64,000 nt of DNA from Candidatus Omnitrophota bacterium (lineage in GTDB: Bacteria; Omnitrophota; Gorgyraeia; Gygaellales; Profunditerraquicolaceae): the NCBI GenBank assembly GCA_041651115.1, contig JBAZJY010000002.1:350855-414854 (forward strand). The letters are read 5' to 3'. Of this stretch, positions 46,774 through 58,039 are shown in pieces. The notes below the pieces were generated by a model. It worked only from the letters and a program-made list of their open reading frames with translations, did not search any database and had not been told where the DNA came from. Both the position numbers and the translations under genes were made by a program. The first letter of the stretch is position 1, and every line of letters starts with the position of its first letter.

Positions 46774-47385
46774 ATGATGATGAATATTGCGGTATTTGCT
46801 TCGGGCAACGGTTCAAATTTCGCGGCAATCGCTGCGGCAATAAAAAAGAAAAAGATCCGGGCAAAGCTTGCGCTCGTTGTTTGCGATAATCCTGCTGCCT
46901 ATGTGGTCAAACGGGCGCAAAAAGCAGGCGTAAAGGTAGCGTTGGTCAAGCGGCAGGATTTTTCCTCGAAAAAAGATTTTGAAGAGAAGATCATTGAGCA
47001 CCTGGAAAAAAACAATATCAGGCTGATCGTGCTGGCCGGATTCATGCGTATGCTCGGGCAGGCGATCCTTAAGTCTTACAAGAACCGCATCTTAAACATC
47101 CACCCGGCGCTCCTGCCGTCGTTTAAAGGCTCTGCAGGGATAAAAGACGCGTTTGACTACGGCGTGAAGGTTACGGGTGTGACCGTACATTTTGTGGATG
47201 CGTTGATGGATAACGGCCCGGTCATCCTGCAGGCGGCAGTCAGCGTACAAGAAAACGATACGCTTGCCAGTCTTGAGGCAAAGATCCATAAGGTGGAACA
47301 CCGGATCTATCCTGAAGCAATAAATTTATTCGCGCAAGGGAAGTTGAAGGTAAAGGGGAGGAAGGTCGAGATTCTTAATCCGTAG
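46774..47385 (+). CDS. purN: Phosphoribosylglycinamide formyltransferase
   Basis: IAVFASGNGSNF and NIHPALLPSF motifs. Confidence 0.85.
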   Translation: MMMNIAVFASGNGSNFAAIAAAIKKKKIRAKLALVVCDNPAAYVVKRAQKAGVKVALVKRQDFSSKKDFEEKIIEHLEKNNIRLIVLAGFMRMLGQAILKSYKNRILNIHPALLPSFKGSAGIKDAFDYGVKVTGVTVHFVDALMDNGPVILQAAVSVQENDTLASLEAKIHKVEHRIYPEAINLFAQGKLKVKGRKVEILNP

Positions 47386-48271
47386 TTCTTGCCCAGATCG
47401 CCGCTTCATTAAGCGTAACTTTTTTACTCGTTTCCTGGTTGGTCAATCTTACCTCTTCAAAATTCTTGATCCCGTAAGCTTTTAATGTCACCGCGGCTAT
47501 CTTTATGATCTCTTTATCAATGTCCGCGTGCTTATCCACTTCCGGCTTTTGGAATTTGAGCCTAATGCGGTGCTGGATCTGCTTGGAGATGAATTCGCCC
47601 ATGGGAATATCCGTGTAGCTGATATACAGGCCGTCTTTGTCCCCGACAGCCTCCGGAAGAAAGCTAACGTCCTGGATCGTGCGGTGCTGGTATTCTCCCA
47701 GCGAGATATAATTATAGGAAACTTTCTTTAGATCAAGGTAATAGGATAATTCCCGTATTTCAATACCCGTTTTTATGTCGGCAATAACGATACAGATGAA
47801 TTTCGGTTCGCGCTTTTTTTCCCGTTCGGCGCTGAACATCACGCGCCGCGTAACGCTGATGATATCGTTTATTTTCTCCAGTATTTTTTTGTTGTATTTG
47901 AATTCCTGTGTCTTTTCCGTATCTGGTATGGGGCGGATGAAATAACCGATTTCCAGCCTTCCGTCTTTAAATTGGGCGCTGCTTTCTTTTATCAGGAATT
48001 TTTCAGAATACTTTTCCGGCTTGTCTGCTTTTTCAAATATGTTTTCTACGGGAAAATAGACCCAGACAGTTTCTCCCACCAGCCGGGCCTTAAGATCGAT
48101 CCCGTATTCCTTTTTAGAGATATCTACTATCGCTTCCGGGATATTTTCTTTAAGGAAGGTGGGGGCGGTTGAAGTGGAGCAACCGGGAAGAAAAAATATG
48201 ATTAATGCAAGGCTGGCGTTAAAGAGAAGGCCGCGTTTTGCCGAATTCCCTGAATATTGCCTCGATCTCAT
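47375..48271 (-). CDS. Lipoprotein, function unknown
   Basis: Signal peptide with LPGCST lipobox. Confidence 0.45.
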   Translation of the reverse strand: MRSRQYSGNSAKRGLLFNASLALIIFFLPGCSTSTAPTFLKENIPEAIVDISKKEYGIDLKARLVGETVWVYFPVENIFEKADKPEKYSEKFLIKESSAQFKDGRLEIGYFIRPIPDTEKTQEFKYNKKILEKINDIISVTRRVMFSAEREKKREPKFICIVIADIKTGIEIRELSYYLDLKKVSYNYISLGEYQHRTIQDVSFLPEAVGDKDGLYISYTDIPMGEFISKQIQHRIRLKFQKPEVDKHADIDKEIIKIAAVTLKAYGIKNFEEVRLTNQETSKKVTLNEAAIWARTTD

Positions 48272-49901
48272 CGTAATTGAGCTCTTCCTTTATCACAAGT
48301 TCCTTTGCCAGGCGCTCTAAAAGCGGCTCTTCTTTCTTGAGAAGATTTATCACCTCTTCAAGGCAGCTGTGCATGATCTCCTGCGTGTCTTTATCCAGCA
48401 CGGTTTTTGTTTCTTCGGATATCAGGGGCACTCCGCCCACGCGGCGGTAGAAATCAAGCGCGTGAAAATCGCCGATCATGCCGGTCTTGCCCATACCCAT
48501 GCGCCAGACCATATTATGCGCGGTATAAAGGGCATTGGCAAAGTCTCCGCCTACGCCGGAGGTGGTAAACCCAAGTTTTATTTTTTCCGCGGCATAGGAG
48601 CCGAGGGCGATCTTTATTTCAGTCAGCAGCTGTTTCTGGTCTTCAATAAAAATTTCCTCGCGCTCCGGCACCCAGGTGACGCCGCCTGTATGTCCGCGCG
48701 GGGTGATGGTGATTTTGAATACGTCTTTTGTCGGGGCCAAGAGGTAAGTCACAATCGCGTGGCCTGCTTCATGATAGGCGATCTGTAATTTTTCTTTTTC
48801 GCTGAGCTTGACCCGGCGCTTAATGCCTAAGGCGATCCTTTCGCGCGCGTCGTCAATGTCTTTCATCCCGATAGCCTGCCGGTTGTTACGCACGGCAATC
48901 AGCGCGGCTTCCCTGACGAGATTGGCAATATCCGCCGGGCTTGAACCTACGGTAATGCGCGCAAGGCGGTCGATCTTTACGTCGTTTGCGTCAAATTTTA
49001 CTTTCTTGAGATAATAAGCAAGAAGTTTTTCCCTGTCTTCAAGGCTGGGTTTATCCACGTAGATCTTGCGGTCAAACCGTCCGGGCCGCAACAGCGCCGT
49101 ATCAAGGAAGAATTCCGCCATGTTCGTGGCGCCGATGATCACAATATTGATGTCTCTTTCTTTAAGGCCGTCCATTTCCACCAATAACTGGTTTAAGGTG
49201 GTGTTAGTTTCTGTCTGGCCGCCAAATCCGGAATCCGCCGATCTCTGCGCGCCCACGGCGTCTATTTCATCAATAAAGATTATGCACCCGCCGTGCAACT
49301 CTGCCAGCTGGCGCGCCTTTTTAAACAAACTCCTGATCCTGCCCGCGCCCACGCCGACAAACATTTCTACGAATTCCGAACCCGACATTGAAATAAACGG
49401 CATTTTTGCTTCTGTGGCAATTGCTTTAGCCAGGTAGGTCTTGCCGCATCCCGGAGGTCCGAGCATAAGGATGCCCTTAAGGATCTTTCCGCCGATACGC
49501 TGGAGCGAGGCGCGGTCTGTGATCAGCTTGACTACTTCCAGCGCTTCCTGCTTAGCCTCATCCATGCCGATCACGTCATTCCAGGTAATGCCGATACTTT
49601 CCCCGGAGATAGATTTTTTGCTTGTCTGGCTGAATGACTGGGCGCCGCGCTTAAACATCAGCCAATACCACATATATGTATATATAACACCGAATATAAG
49701 CGCCATGACCAGCTGCAGGTATAATTGCAGGGGGATCATGGCCATTTGCGACTGGCGCAGGTAGGATTCGGCTTCATTCCAAGCCTGTATGCCTCTTGAA
49801 ATAAAGAATACCAGGGATATGATGAAAGCGGCCAGGCCGATGGTGCCGAGTATTCTTATCCAGTATAACTTCCAGAAAAATCTTATTTTTTTCCAGTTCA
49901 T
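48219..49901 (-). CDS. ftsH: ATP-dependent zinc metalloprotease FtsH-like
   Basis: N-terminal TM segments, GPPGCGKTYLAKAIA, IIFIDEIDAVG, HEAGHAIV zinc site. Confidence 0.85.
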   Translation of the reverse strand: MNWKKIRFFWKLYWIRILGTIGLAAFIISLVFFISRGIQAWNEAESYLRQSQMAMIPLQLYLQLVMALIFGVIYTYMWYWLMFKRGAQSFSQTSKKSISGESIGITWNDVIGMDEAKQEALEVVKLITDRASLQRIGGKILKGILMLGPPGCGKTYLAKAIATEAKMPFISMSGSEFVEMFVGVGAGRIRSLFKKARQLAELHGGCIIFIDEIDAVGAQRSADSGFGGQTETNTTLNQLLVEMDGLKERDINIVIIGATNMAEFFLDTALLRPGRFDRKIYVDKPSLEDREKLLAYYLKKVKFDANDVKIDRLARITVGSSPADIANLVREAALIAVRNNRQAIGMKDIDDARERIALGIKRRVKLSEKEKLQIAYHEAGHAIVTYLLAPTKDVFKITITPRGHTGGVTWVPEREEIFIEDQKQLLTEIKIALGSYAAEKIKLGFTTSGVGGDFANALYTAHNMVWRMGMGKTGMIGDFHALDFYRRVGGVPLISEETKTVLDKDTQEIMHSCLEEVINLLKKEEPLLERLAKELVIKEELNYDEIEAIFREFGKTRPSL

Positions 49902-49983
49902 TTTATTCCTCCACAGGGTTTTCTTAAAATAGCATATTAAAAAGGTATAGTCAATCCCTAAATTTGCTTGACTATGGTTATGA

Positions 49984-51309
<1,326 letters not shown>

Positions 51310-51317
51310 TCTAACCG

Positions 51318-51593
51318 ATGCTGAAAAAAGCTTTCTGGCTGTTTGGGATCACGGTTTTTTTGCTGGTGATATTTTTGCCGGGCTATACCAAGTTACAGGA
51401 ACTCAGGGAAAAAAACAGCAATCTGGAAGTTAAGATCAAGCGCCTGAACGTGGAGAATGCGCTCCTGGAACAGGAATTAAAGCGCGCGGAAAGCGATCCC
51501 GTATACCAGGAAAAGATCGCCCGGGAAAGAATGGGCGTGGTGCGCAAAGGCGAAGTTCCGGTAAAGATTATCGCCGCTGATACAAAGCGGTAG
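51318..51593 (+). CDS. ftsB: Septum formation initiator FtsB/DivIC-like
   Basis: N-terminal TM segment plus coiled-coil leucine zipper; position after eno. Confidence 0.55.
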   Translation: MLKKAFWLFGITVFLLVIFLPGYTKLQELREKNSNLEVKIKRLNVENALLEQELKRAESDPVYQEKIARERMGVVRKGEVPVKIIAADTKR

Positions 51594-51712
51594 GCTGGAA
51601 AATTCATTTACAAGCATTATTCGTTCTGTTAATATAGTAAGTAAGAGATCGGACAGTTTGAAGTTGAAGCTGCTTCTTTGACAGCGAACAGTAGGAAATA
51701 ACGCGCGATATT

Positions 51713-51789
51713 CGCGGGGTGGAGCAGCCTGGTAGCTCGTCAGGCTCATAACCTGAAGGCCAGAGGTTCAAATCCTCTCCCCGCAATTA
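51713..51789 (+). tRNA. Initiator tRNA-fMet (anticodon CAU); CCA not encoded
   Basis: CGCGGGGTGGAGCAGCCTGGTAGCTCGTC.GGCTCATAACC...GGTTCAAATCC..CCCCGCAA closely resembles the canonical bacterial initiator tRNA. Confidence 0.85.
51770..51786. repeat. att core (aaatcctctccccgcaa) at the tRNA-fMet 3' end
   Basis: Identical 17-mer at 56341..56357. Confidence 0.7.
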
Positions 51790-51890
51790 ATTCAACAAGA
51801 AGGCAGTCAATGAGTTACATCGTTGGCTGCTTTTTTGTTTATTAGTATAATCTATTATGTGCTAACGCTGTGCTAGCAGAATCTCTAAAT

Positions 51891-51977
51891 CGCCATCCCC
51901 CGGAGGGGTATCTGGCTCGATCCTTATAGGGTAAGTCAGTGATCACCCGTCACAGAGAACCTCCACGGAAATATTTT
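51891..51977 (+). ncRNA. Conserved roughly 90 nt non-coding motif, copy A
   Basis: GC palindrome cccccggagggg, then atctgg...tataggg.aag...cacccgtcacagaga.c.cc.cgg.aatattt; second copy at 53462..53547. Confidence 0.35.
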
Positions 51978-52217
51978 TAAGATAGGTAAAATGTAGCGTA
52001 ACTCATTAAATTAAATTAGGTTACGGAAAGAAAATGCACTATGTTTTAAGATTAAAAAACTGTTATTTAGTGTGTCCAAAACAGGTAAGCGGAAAGTGTT
52101 AAAAAATAAAACACCAATATGCGCGCGAATTATTAAGTTAGGATCGCATATAGTCTACTCCTTATGTTCATTGACAAGATACGTGGGTTGTGCTATCTTA
52201 TCACTTTGGAGAACATA

Positions 52218-53075
52218 ATGCTAAACGCAACCACCCAACAAAAAGAAAAGATAGTATTTCTCGGACCCGAAGAAACTTATAGCCACAAAGCAGCAAAATC
52301 TTTATTTGGCGACAAAGTTATCTATAATCCAGTAGCAAGCTTTGATTCCGTTATAAATGCGGTCATAGAGAAAAAGGCAGATAAGGGAGTTATTCCTTTC
52401 TTTAACCCTTACGAAGAACATATACGTGAATGCCAGGATAAGTTATTTAAGACTGAGTTAATAGCTACCGGTGTAACAAAAATAGATATCGATTTAACTT
52501 TAGCTACAAATAGATTAAAACTCGATGAAATCAAAAAAGTTTATTCAAATAGCCACGTATTTAAGCAGTGCGATATATGGCTAAGAAAAAACCTCCCAGG
52601 GGTTATTACCGAATTGGTAACGAGCACGGCTAAAGCAGCCGAAGAGGTAAAAATTATCCCGGGTTCTGCAGCGATATGCTCTTTAGAATCAGCGATGAAA
52701 AATGAGCTTGATACGATCGCTGAGCGTATACAAAATCCTAAGAACTTTACCTTATTTTTCGTTATTGAGCGTTCCGATTCTATAGCGCAGCGTAAAGAGT
52801 GGGGGTATTATTCATTTTTGTGTTTTAAGCTTAATAGTTCAAAAGAAAAAATGAATATTTTAGATATCCTTGATGCCCATCATTTACGGAGTTCACAAAA
52901 ATGGGATTTTCCTCATCCGTCAGATGATTATTTGCTTTTCTTTTTAGAATTTTTTGGCAGCTGGCTCGATCTTAATGTTGTGGCTTTTATCGCCGATTGC
53001 AAAAAGTATTTTAAAGACTTTAGATTAATTGGTACATTTGATCATAGTATTACCAAGGTATTGGAAACGATTTAA
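52218..53075 (+). CDS. Prephenate-dehydratase-like (PDT + ACT-like) protein
   Basis: IVFLGPEETYSHKAA...GVIPFFNPYEE...VYSNSHVFKQC...NFTLFFVIER pattern; ATG 52218 with RBS ggag preferred over the ORF-track start 52164. Confidence 0.5.
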   Translation: MLNATTQQKEKIVFLGPEETYSHKAAKSLFGDKVIYNPVASFDSVINAVIEKKADKGVIPFFNPYEEHIRECQDKLFKTELIATGVTKIDIDLTLATNRLKLDEIKKVYSNSHVFKQCDIWLRKNLPGVITELVTSTAKAAEEVKIIPGSAAICSLESAMKNELDTIAERIQNPKNFTLFFVIERSDSIAQRKEWGYYSFLCFKLNSSKEKMNILDILDAHHLRSSQKWDFPHPSDDYLLFFLEFFGSWLDLNVVAFIADCKKYFKDFRLIGTFDHSITKVLETI

Positions 53076-53116
53076 TTTCAGTTGACAAGAAAAAAAAACC
53101 TAATATACTAAAAGAG

Positions 53117-53389
53117 ATGGATTCTATGAGACAGGACTCCCCAAAACCTTTTTTAACCTTAGCAATAACTGAAATAAACGGCTGGGCCATGGCTTTATGC
53201 CCCGAGTTGGAAGTTTCTGCTTGTGGACCGGACCGGAATATTGCTGTTAATGATCTAAATGATATGATAAAACGCAACGCTTCTTTGATATTAAAAGGTA
53301 AAGAGCACGTACCGTCTCATGTTGTCGAGTGGGCAAAAGAAATTGCGAAGCAAACTGATGTCACTATTCTTTTTAAAAGACAGATATAG
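53117..53389 (+). CDS. HicB-like (UPF0150) antitoxin-fold protein
   Basis: WMALCPELEVSACGPDRNIAVNDLNDMI resembles the HicB N-domain. Confidence 0.4.
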   Translation: MDSMRQDSPKPFLTLAITEINGWAMALCPELEVSACGPDRNIAVNDLNDMIKRNASLILKGKEHVPSHVVEWAKEIAKQTDVTILFKRQI

Positions 53390-53461
53390 TAAATAGTATT
53401 GAGGTCGTATTTCAGAATTCATTAGGCTGGACTTAACTGTTCAGTCTTTTTTGTTTGTATT

Positions 53462-53547
53462 GATGCCCCCCCGGGGGGGCATCTGGTTTACCCTATAGCG
53501 GGTACAGTTATAACCACCTGTCACAGAGATAACCCCCGTAAATATTT
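53462..53547 (+). ncRNA. Conserved roughly 90 nt non-coding motif, copy B
   Basis: gatgccccccc/gggggggcatc perfect palindrome followed by the same conserved blocks as copy A. Confidence 0.35.
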
Positions 53548-53807
53548 CAGTTAAAAGCATTGACAAAATTTAATTTTGAGCTATACTCAAACTAGTGCGT
53601 GGAGCTCGCACTTAGCTAAATTAACCTTAGGGTGCCGGTAGGCACGAAGGAAAGGAGTCGTGAGATGAAAAAACATTTTTGGTAACAGCTACACATTGAA
53701 TAAGTGTGTAGTTTTTTGTTTATATGGCCCGGATGGGCTAAGGTTTACCCTTGGAAGGTACTGGACTGTAGAAGATTATTGGATCTATAAATAAAAAGGA
53801 GAATGAA

Positions 53808-54998
53808 ATGGATAAGAAAAAATTAGAGAAAGTTATTCTAAAATCAGACTATTCCCGCCGCTATCCAGACCCACTTAACAGTACCCAGGTTGAAGAAACT
53901 TATAGCATTGAACACCATGTGCTTCTGTGTAAAGCAAAAGATGTTCCTTCGGGAATATCCAAAGAGCCTAACCCCAGAGAACAGAGGATTGATTTGGGTA
54001 TCTATAAGGATATTCAGACCAGTCTGGAGGATGGAGAAGAACCGACTTTTCATCTGAAAAACAAAGGGATTACCTTATTGGCGCACAGCATCGATTACAG
54101 CGAAGATAAAAAAGTCGCCACAGTATACCTAGGTGAAAAAGATGGTATAGCTGACGGTGGGCATACTTATGAGATAATCCTCAATGCGATATCAAGAGGA
54201 GCCTGTCCGGATAGCCAGTATGTAAAATTCGAAATTCTTACTGGCGTTCCAAGCAGTATGGCCGTTGATATAACAGGAGGGTTAAACACCGCCGTTCAGG
54301 TACAAGAAGCCAGCTTGGCTAATCTGGAAGGTGCATTTGATTGGATTAGAGAAATTATTAAGCGTGAGCCCTATGCTGATAAAATAGCGTTTAAGCAGAA
54401 TGAAAGGAAGGACGTTGACATAAGGGATATAGTAGCTTTCCTTACACTCTTTAACGTTGAACAAAAGAGTTTAAAGGGTAGGCATCCGAGGGAAGCGTAT
54501 ACTTCGAAGGCCGCGTGTTTAAATCTTTACAAGGATGACCAGGATTCCTACGAAATGCTCGCTCCAATTCTGAAGGATATTCTGTACCTCAGCGATTACG
54601 TCCATATTAAATCTAGGGAAATCTACAATGCCGAGACAGGCGGTAAAGCTGGTGGCATGAAGGGTGTCTATGAGGGAAGGTTAAGGGGGAAGTTTCATTT
54701 TGTGTTTATGGATACCGATTATGAGTATAAGCTTTACAGCGGCACCCTATTCCCAATCTTAGGTGCCTTAAGATATCTTGTGGAGAAGAAACCAGGCCAA
54801 AACGTATATTCATGGAAATTGCGTTCGTTTGAAGAAGTAAAATCCTTCTTCAACAAGATAGCTGCTGATATGGTAGGCATTACCTATAACACGAGTATAA
54901 ACTATGGCAGAAAGCCGAATGCGGTAGGTAAAGATGAAAACCATTGGGATAATCTATATAAGACTGTAGCCTTAGCTTATCTGCAGGGTCGTCGTTAG
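53808..54998 (+). CDS. Hypothetical protein (396 aa), possibly abortive-infection-like
   Basis: ORF with RBS aaaaggaga; no confident motif; located in the islet next to the RES-like gene. Confidence 0.45.
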   Translation: MDKKKLEKVILKSDYSRRYPDPLNSTQVEETYSIEHHVLLCKAKDVPSGISKEPNPREQRIDLGIYKDIQTSLEDGEEPTFHLKNKGITLLAHSIDYSEDKKVATVYLGEKDGIADGGHTYEIILNAISRGACPDSQYVKFEILTGVPSSMAVDITGGLNTAVQVQEASLANLEGAFDWIREIIKREPYADKIAFKQNERKDVDIRDIVAFLTLFNVEQKSLKGRHPREAYTSKAACLNLYKDDQDSYEMLAPILKDILYLSDYVHIKSREIYNAETGGKAGGMKGVYEGRLRGKFHFVFMDTDYEYKLYSGTLFPILGALRYLVEKKPGQNVYSWKLRSFEEVKSFFNKIAADMVGITYNTSINYGRKPNAVGKDENHWDNLYKTVALAYLQGRR

Positions 54999-55055
54999 AG
55001 TATCTCTAAACGGGGGGCTTAATAGCCCCCCCTCTTTATTGGAGAAAATAAGTCT

Positions 55056-55970
55056 ATGGCAAGCGGAATTAAGAAAAGAAGTCTCACGGAAATAAGCTCT
55101 CAAATAGATAAAATTAAGAAATTGGATCTTAAAGTAGTTGATTTTATGGAAGTTCATAAGGAAATAAGAATCCTAATGAGCGAGTATACAGCTGTAGGAT
55201 TTCCAGCTTTACAGAATACTATTTATCGAGCAAGGCCTAATGATAAAGATAAGTTGTTTGAAACCATTAGTGATATGTGGGCCCCTCGTCCGGAAAAAAT
55301 GCCCCAGAATAGATTCGGCAGGGCAAACAAGCCCAGAAAACCGGTTTTCTATTGTAGTAATCGTGAAGAGACAGCCATTTCTGAATTACTAATTAATGAA
55401 GGGGATTGTGTAACAATTATGCGATGTTGTAGCAGAGGGGATACATCTGCTATGATGAATGTCGGGTTTGGTTTCAGGGATGAAGGGAAGCTACAATCTA
55501 AGGATGGAAAGACCATTATAAACTGGGGAAAGTACAAGGAAGAAAAGATACGCCGGTTATATAGTAAACAATATAGTATAGATAGGATCGTTCAGGAGTG
55601 TTTATTGAAAAATAAAATGATAGACGGGTTTTTGAATCAAGAATTTCGTAAAGAGATTAATTCTGACGAATGTAACTATGAGTATAAAATTACTGCTGCC
55701 ATCGCTAGTTTATATTTAGATAATCCCTTATCACATGTGAGGCTCGATGCGATTAGCTACCCAAGTATACGTACTGGTCTATCGGCTGGACCTAATTGGG
55801 CATTCACGATCGAATCAGCTAACAAATTTTATAAACCTGAACATTTAGAGACTATAGAGATTGACAAAATTGAAAATAAAAGCGAATCTATAAAATATTC
55901 TGGTAATGCTCGGTTTAAATCAAAAGAGATAAAGCACTCGGGACAAATTATCTGGGAAAAGCTAGTATAA
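55056..55970 (+). CDS. RES-domain-like protein (putative NAD+-targeting toxin family), 304 aa
   Basis: NRFGRANKPRKPVFYCSNREETAISE resembles the R-x-E-x-S core of RES toxins; longer than typical. Confidence 0.35.
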   Translation: MASGIKKRSLTEISSQIDKIKKLDLKVVDFMEVHKEIRILMSEYTAVGFPALQNTIYRARPNDKDKLFETISDMWAPRPEKMPQNRFGRANKPRKPVFYCSNREETAISELLINEGDCVTIMRCCSRGDTSAMMNVGFGFRDEGKLQSKDGKTIINWGKYKEEKIRRLYSKQYSIDRIVQECLLKNKMIDGFLNQEFRKEINSDECNYEYKITAAIASLYLDNPLSHVRLDAISYPSIRTGLSAGPNWAFTIESANKFYKPEHLETIEIDKIENKSESIKYSGNARFKSKEIKHSGQIIWEKLV

Positions 55971-56340
55971 CGTAACGTATTAGCCAGTAGAGAATTCCAG
56001 CAATTCACAGGTTTGACTTTTAATGCTTTTGTAATCCGTTCGATAGCATCAATCTTTAGCGTGGGTGGTCTAGATTTAAGGTGTGCCGTTGCCACTAGCG
56101 ATACTGTGCAATTCGTACCAACCTCCAATAGCTGGAAAATGGAGAATCTCACAATAGATGGCTTCGCTGTTGATCCTAGGTCGTAATTTTAATATCTAAA
56201 AATACGGTACCCTGTATCAAAAAATCTGATAATTTATCCGCTCTCCTAAGGTTGCAGAGGTTCTCCCGCAAAAAGCGTGCGGGATTAATTCGGCCAAGCA
56301 ACTTATGTCGCTGTCGCTCCATAAGTTGCGGCCTCATTAA

Positions 56341-56357
56341 AAATCCTCTCCCCGCAA
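56341..56357. repeat. Distal att copy (aaatcctctccccgcaa followed by CCA)
   Basis: Exact 17-mer match to the tRNA-fMet 3' end. Confidence 0.7.
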
Positions 56358-56364
56358 CCATAAA

Positions 56365-56420
56365 AGTAGGGACAGAGACTATTTTTATTTACAAAAAATA
56401 GTCTCTGTCCCTACTTTTTT
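56365..56420. terminator. Perfect 22 bp stem bidirectional intrinsic terminator
   Basis: agtagggacagagactattttt...aaaaatagtctctgtccctact followed by tttttt. Confidence 0.7.
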
Positions 56421-56490
56421 AGGAGCACCCCCCTTTTTAATTGACTTTCCCCGTAGTCTTTGTATAATACGAGAATAGGATAGGAGGGCG

Positions 56491-57933
56491 ATGAAAAATA
56501 TTCTGAAGCTCAAATCAGTTGATGATGCTCCGATAGTCAGGAAGTTTTCCGTTTATTTCAGCTTGATGTCGCTGCTGCCTTTTGTAATACTGGCGGCAGC
56601 TTTTTTTGTTTTTTCTTCCCGCGGCGAGATAAAAGTAGACTCTAACCTGTTCTTCTGGGCGGTTTTTATCGTCGGGTTCTTTTCCTTTGTCGGGTTCGTC
56701 GCCATGCGTAAGACCTTTGTCAATCTGATGAAGGTCTCTTCAAACGTCAAAGACATCCTTTCCGGAAATCTTTCCAAGCGCATTGATATTAAGGGAAGCG
56801 GCAATAATGAAGTAGCGCAGCTCGCCCACGCCTTTAACGAAGTGGTCCAGCAGTTAGAAAATAACATCCAACAGCTGGAAAAATCAAAAGCTACGCTGCA
56901 GAATGTCCTGCTGAAAGTTTCCAGCGGCGCCTCTTCCGCCGATAATATTGATGCTTTTCTTGACTTAATATTAGAAACCACCGTTAATGCCCTAGACGGG
57001 CACATCGGCATGCTTCTGATGCTTGATGAAACAAAAAAAGAATTTATCGTAAAGAGCCATCACGGCCTGGATAAAACTTATGCCGATAGGCGTATTCCCG
57101 TTGATGAAGAGGTTGTCGGCTGGGTAGTAAAGCAAAAAAAACCTTTATTAATCCCGCGGTTGCATAAGATTGATTCAGCAGAGGGAAAGCCTTCATTTTT
57201 TGAGCCGCCGTTGATCTGTTCGCCGCTGGTGTTCCGGAATCAGGTTATTGGTGCGATCTCTATCAGCGGTAAAAAAGGAGATGTGAACTTTGAAGAGGAC
57301 GAGTTGATCATCCTTTCCAACCTCGGCGCGCAGATCGCCCTGGCCATGGAGAACGCGCGGCTTAACTCGGACAACCAAAAAACATACCTTGAAACAGTTA
57401 CTGCTTTGGCGTTGGCAGTTGAGGCCCGCGACTTATACAGCCGCGGCCATTCTGACCGGGTCAGCGAATATTCGGTAAAGCTGGCAGAAGCTATTGGATT
57501 AAGCGAGCAGCAGATCAAGACGATCAAGGAGGCTGCGCAGCTGCATGATGTGGGTAAGATCGGCATCAGTGACGAGATCCTGCGTAAGCCCGCCGCCTTA
57601 AACGACCTTGAGCGCAGGATCATTGAGCAGCATCCGGTTATCGGCGAGGGCATTATCGTGCCTTTGCACGGGTTCTCGCATTTAAGGGACCCTATCCGGC
57701 ACCATCATGAGTGGGTTAACGGCGAGGGCTACCCCGACCATTTGAAAGGCGATGAGATCTGTATCGAGGCGCGCATCATGGCAATTACCGACAGTTACGA
57801 TGCGATGATCACCGATCGGCCTTACCGCAAGGGTTTGAGCATAGAAACGGCAAAAGCCGAACTCTTAAAATATAAAGATATCCGTTACGACCCAAAGCTG
57901 GTAGATGCTTTTATTCAGTGTATGAATATATAA
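56491..57933 (+). CDS. Membrane-anchored HAMP/GAF/HD-GYP c-di-GMP phosphodiesterase-like protein
   Basis: Two TM segments at the N-terminus, GAF-like middle, LHDVGKIG HD motif, HHHEWVNGEGYPD GYP motif. Confidence 0.8.
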   Translation: MKNILKLKSVDDAPIVRKFSVYFSLMSLLPFVILAAAFFVFSSRGEIKVDSNLFFWAVFIVGFFSFVGFVAMRKTFVNLMKVSSNVKDILSGNLSKRIDIKGSGNNEVAQLAHAFNEVVQQLENNIQQLEKSKATLQNVLLKVSSGASSADNIDAFLDLILETTVNALDGHIGMLLMLDETKKEFIVKSHHGLDKTYADRRIPVDEEVVGWVVKQKKPLLIPRLHKIDSAEGKPSFFEPPLICSPLVFRNQVIGAISISGKKGDVNFEEDELIILSNLGAQIALAMENARLNSDNQKTYLETVTALALAVEARDLYSRGHSDRVSEYSVKLAEAIGLSEQQIKTIKEAAQLHDVGKIGISDEILRKPAALNDLERRIIEQHPVIGEGIIVPLHGFSHLRDPIRHHHEWVNGEGYPDHLKGDEICIEARIMAITDSYDAMITDRPYRKGLSIETAKAELLKYKDIRYDPKLVDAFIQCMNI

Positions 57934-58039
57934 AAAACCGGCTTATGGTTTATGCATCAAGCAACCCGCCTTACGGCGGGTTTTTTAGTTGCCAAAACCG
58001 TTATTTTTGGTATAATAAAGCCTTCTTGACGGAGGGAAC

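Larger units (their letters stand above)
51787..56357. mobile_element. AT-rich genomic islet at the tRNA-fMet 3' end (about 4.6 kb), no integrase
   Basis: Bounded by a 17 bp direct repeat of the tRNA 3' end; the distal copy carries CCA; GC drop; TA-like and defence-like cargo. Confidence 0.55.

Noticed and set aside
48369-49764. Four plus-strand ORFs (68 to 139 aa) opposite ftsH
   Set aside because: They are antisense to a well-supported FtsH CDS, with Arg/Ala/Ser-rich low-complexity translations typical of GC-skewed antisense frames.
53050-53116. Search for a HicA toxin partner next to the HicB-like gene
   Set aside because: No small ORF with a HicA-like sequence was found on either side, so the HicB-like call stays low-confidence and a possibly degenerate toxin-antitoxin system is noted only.
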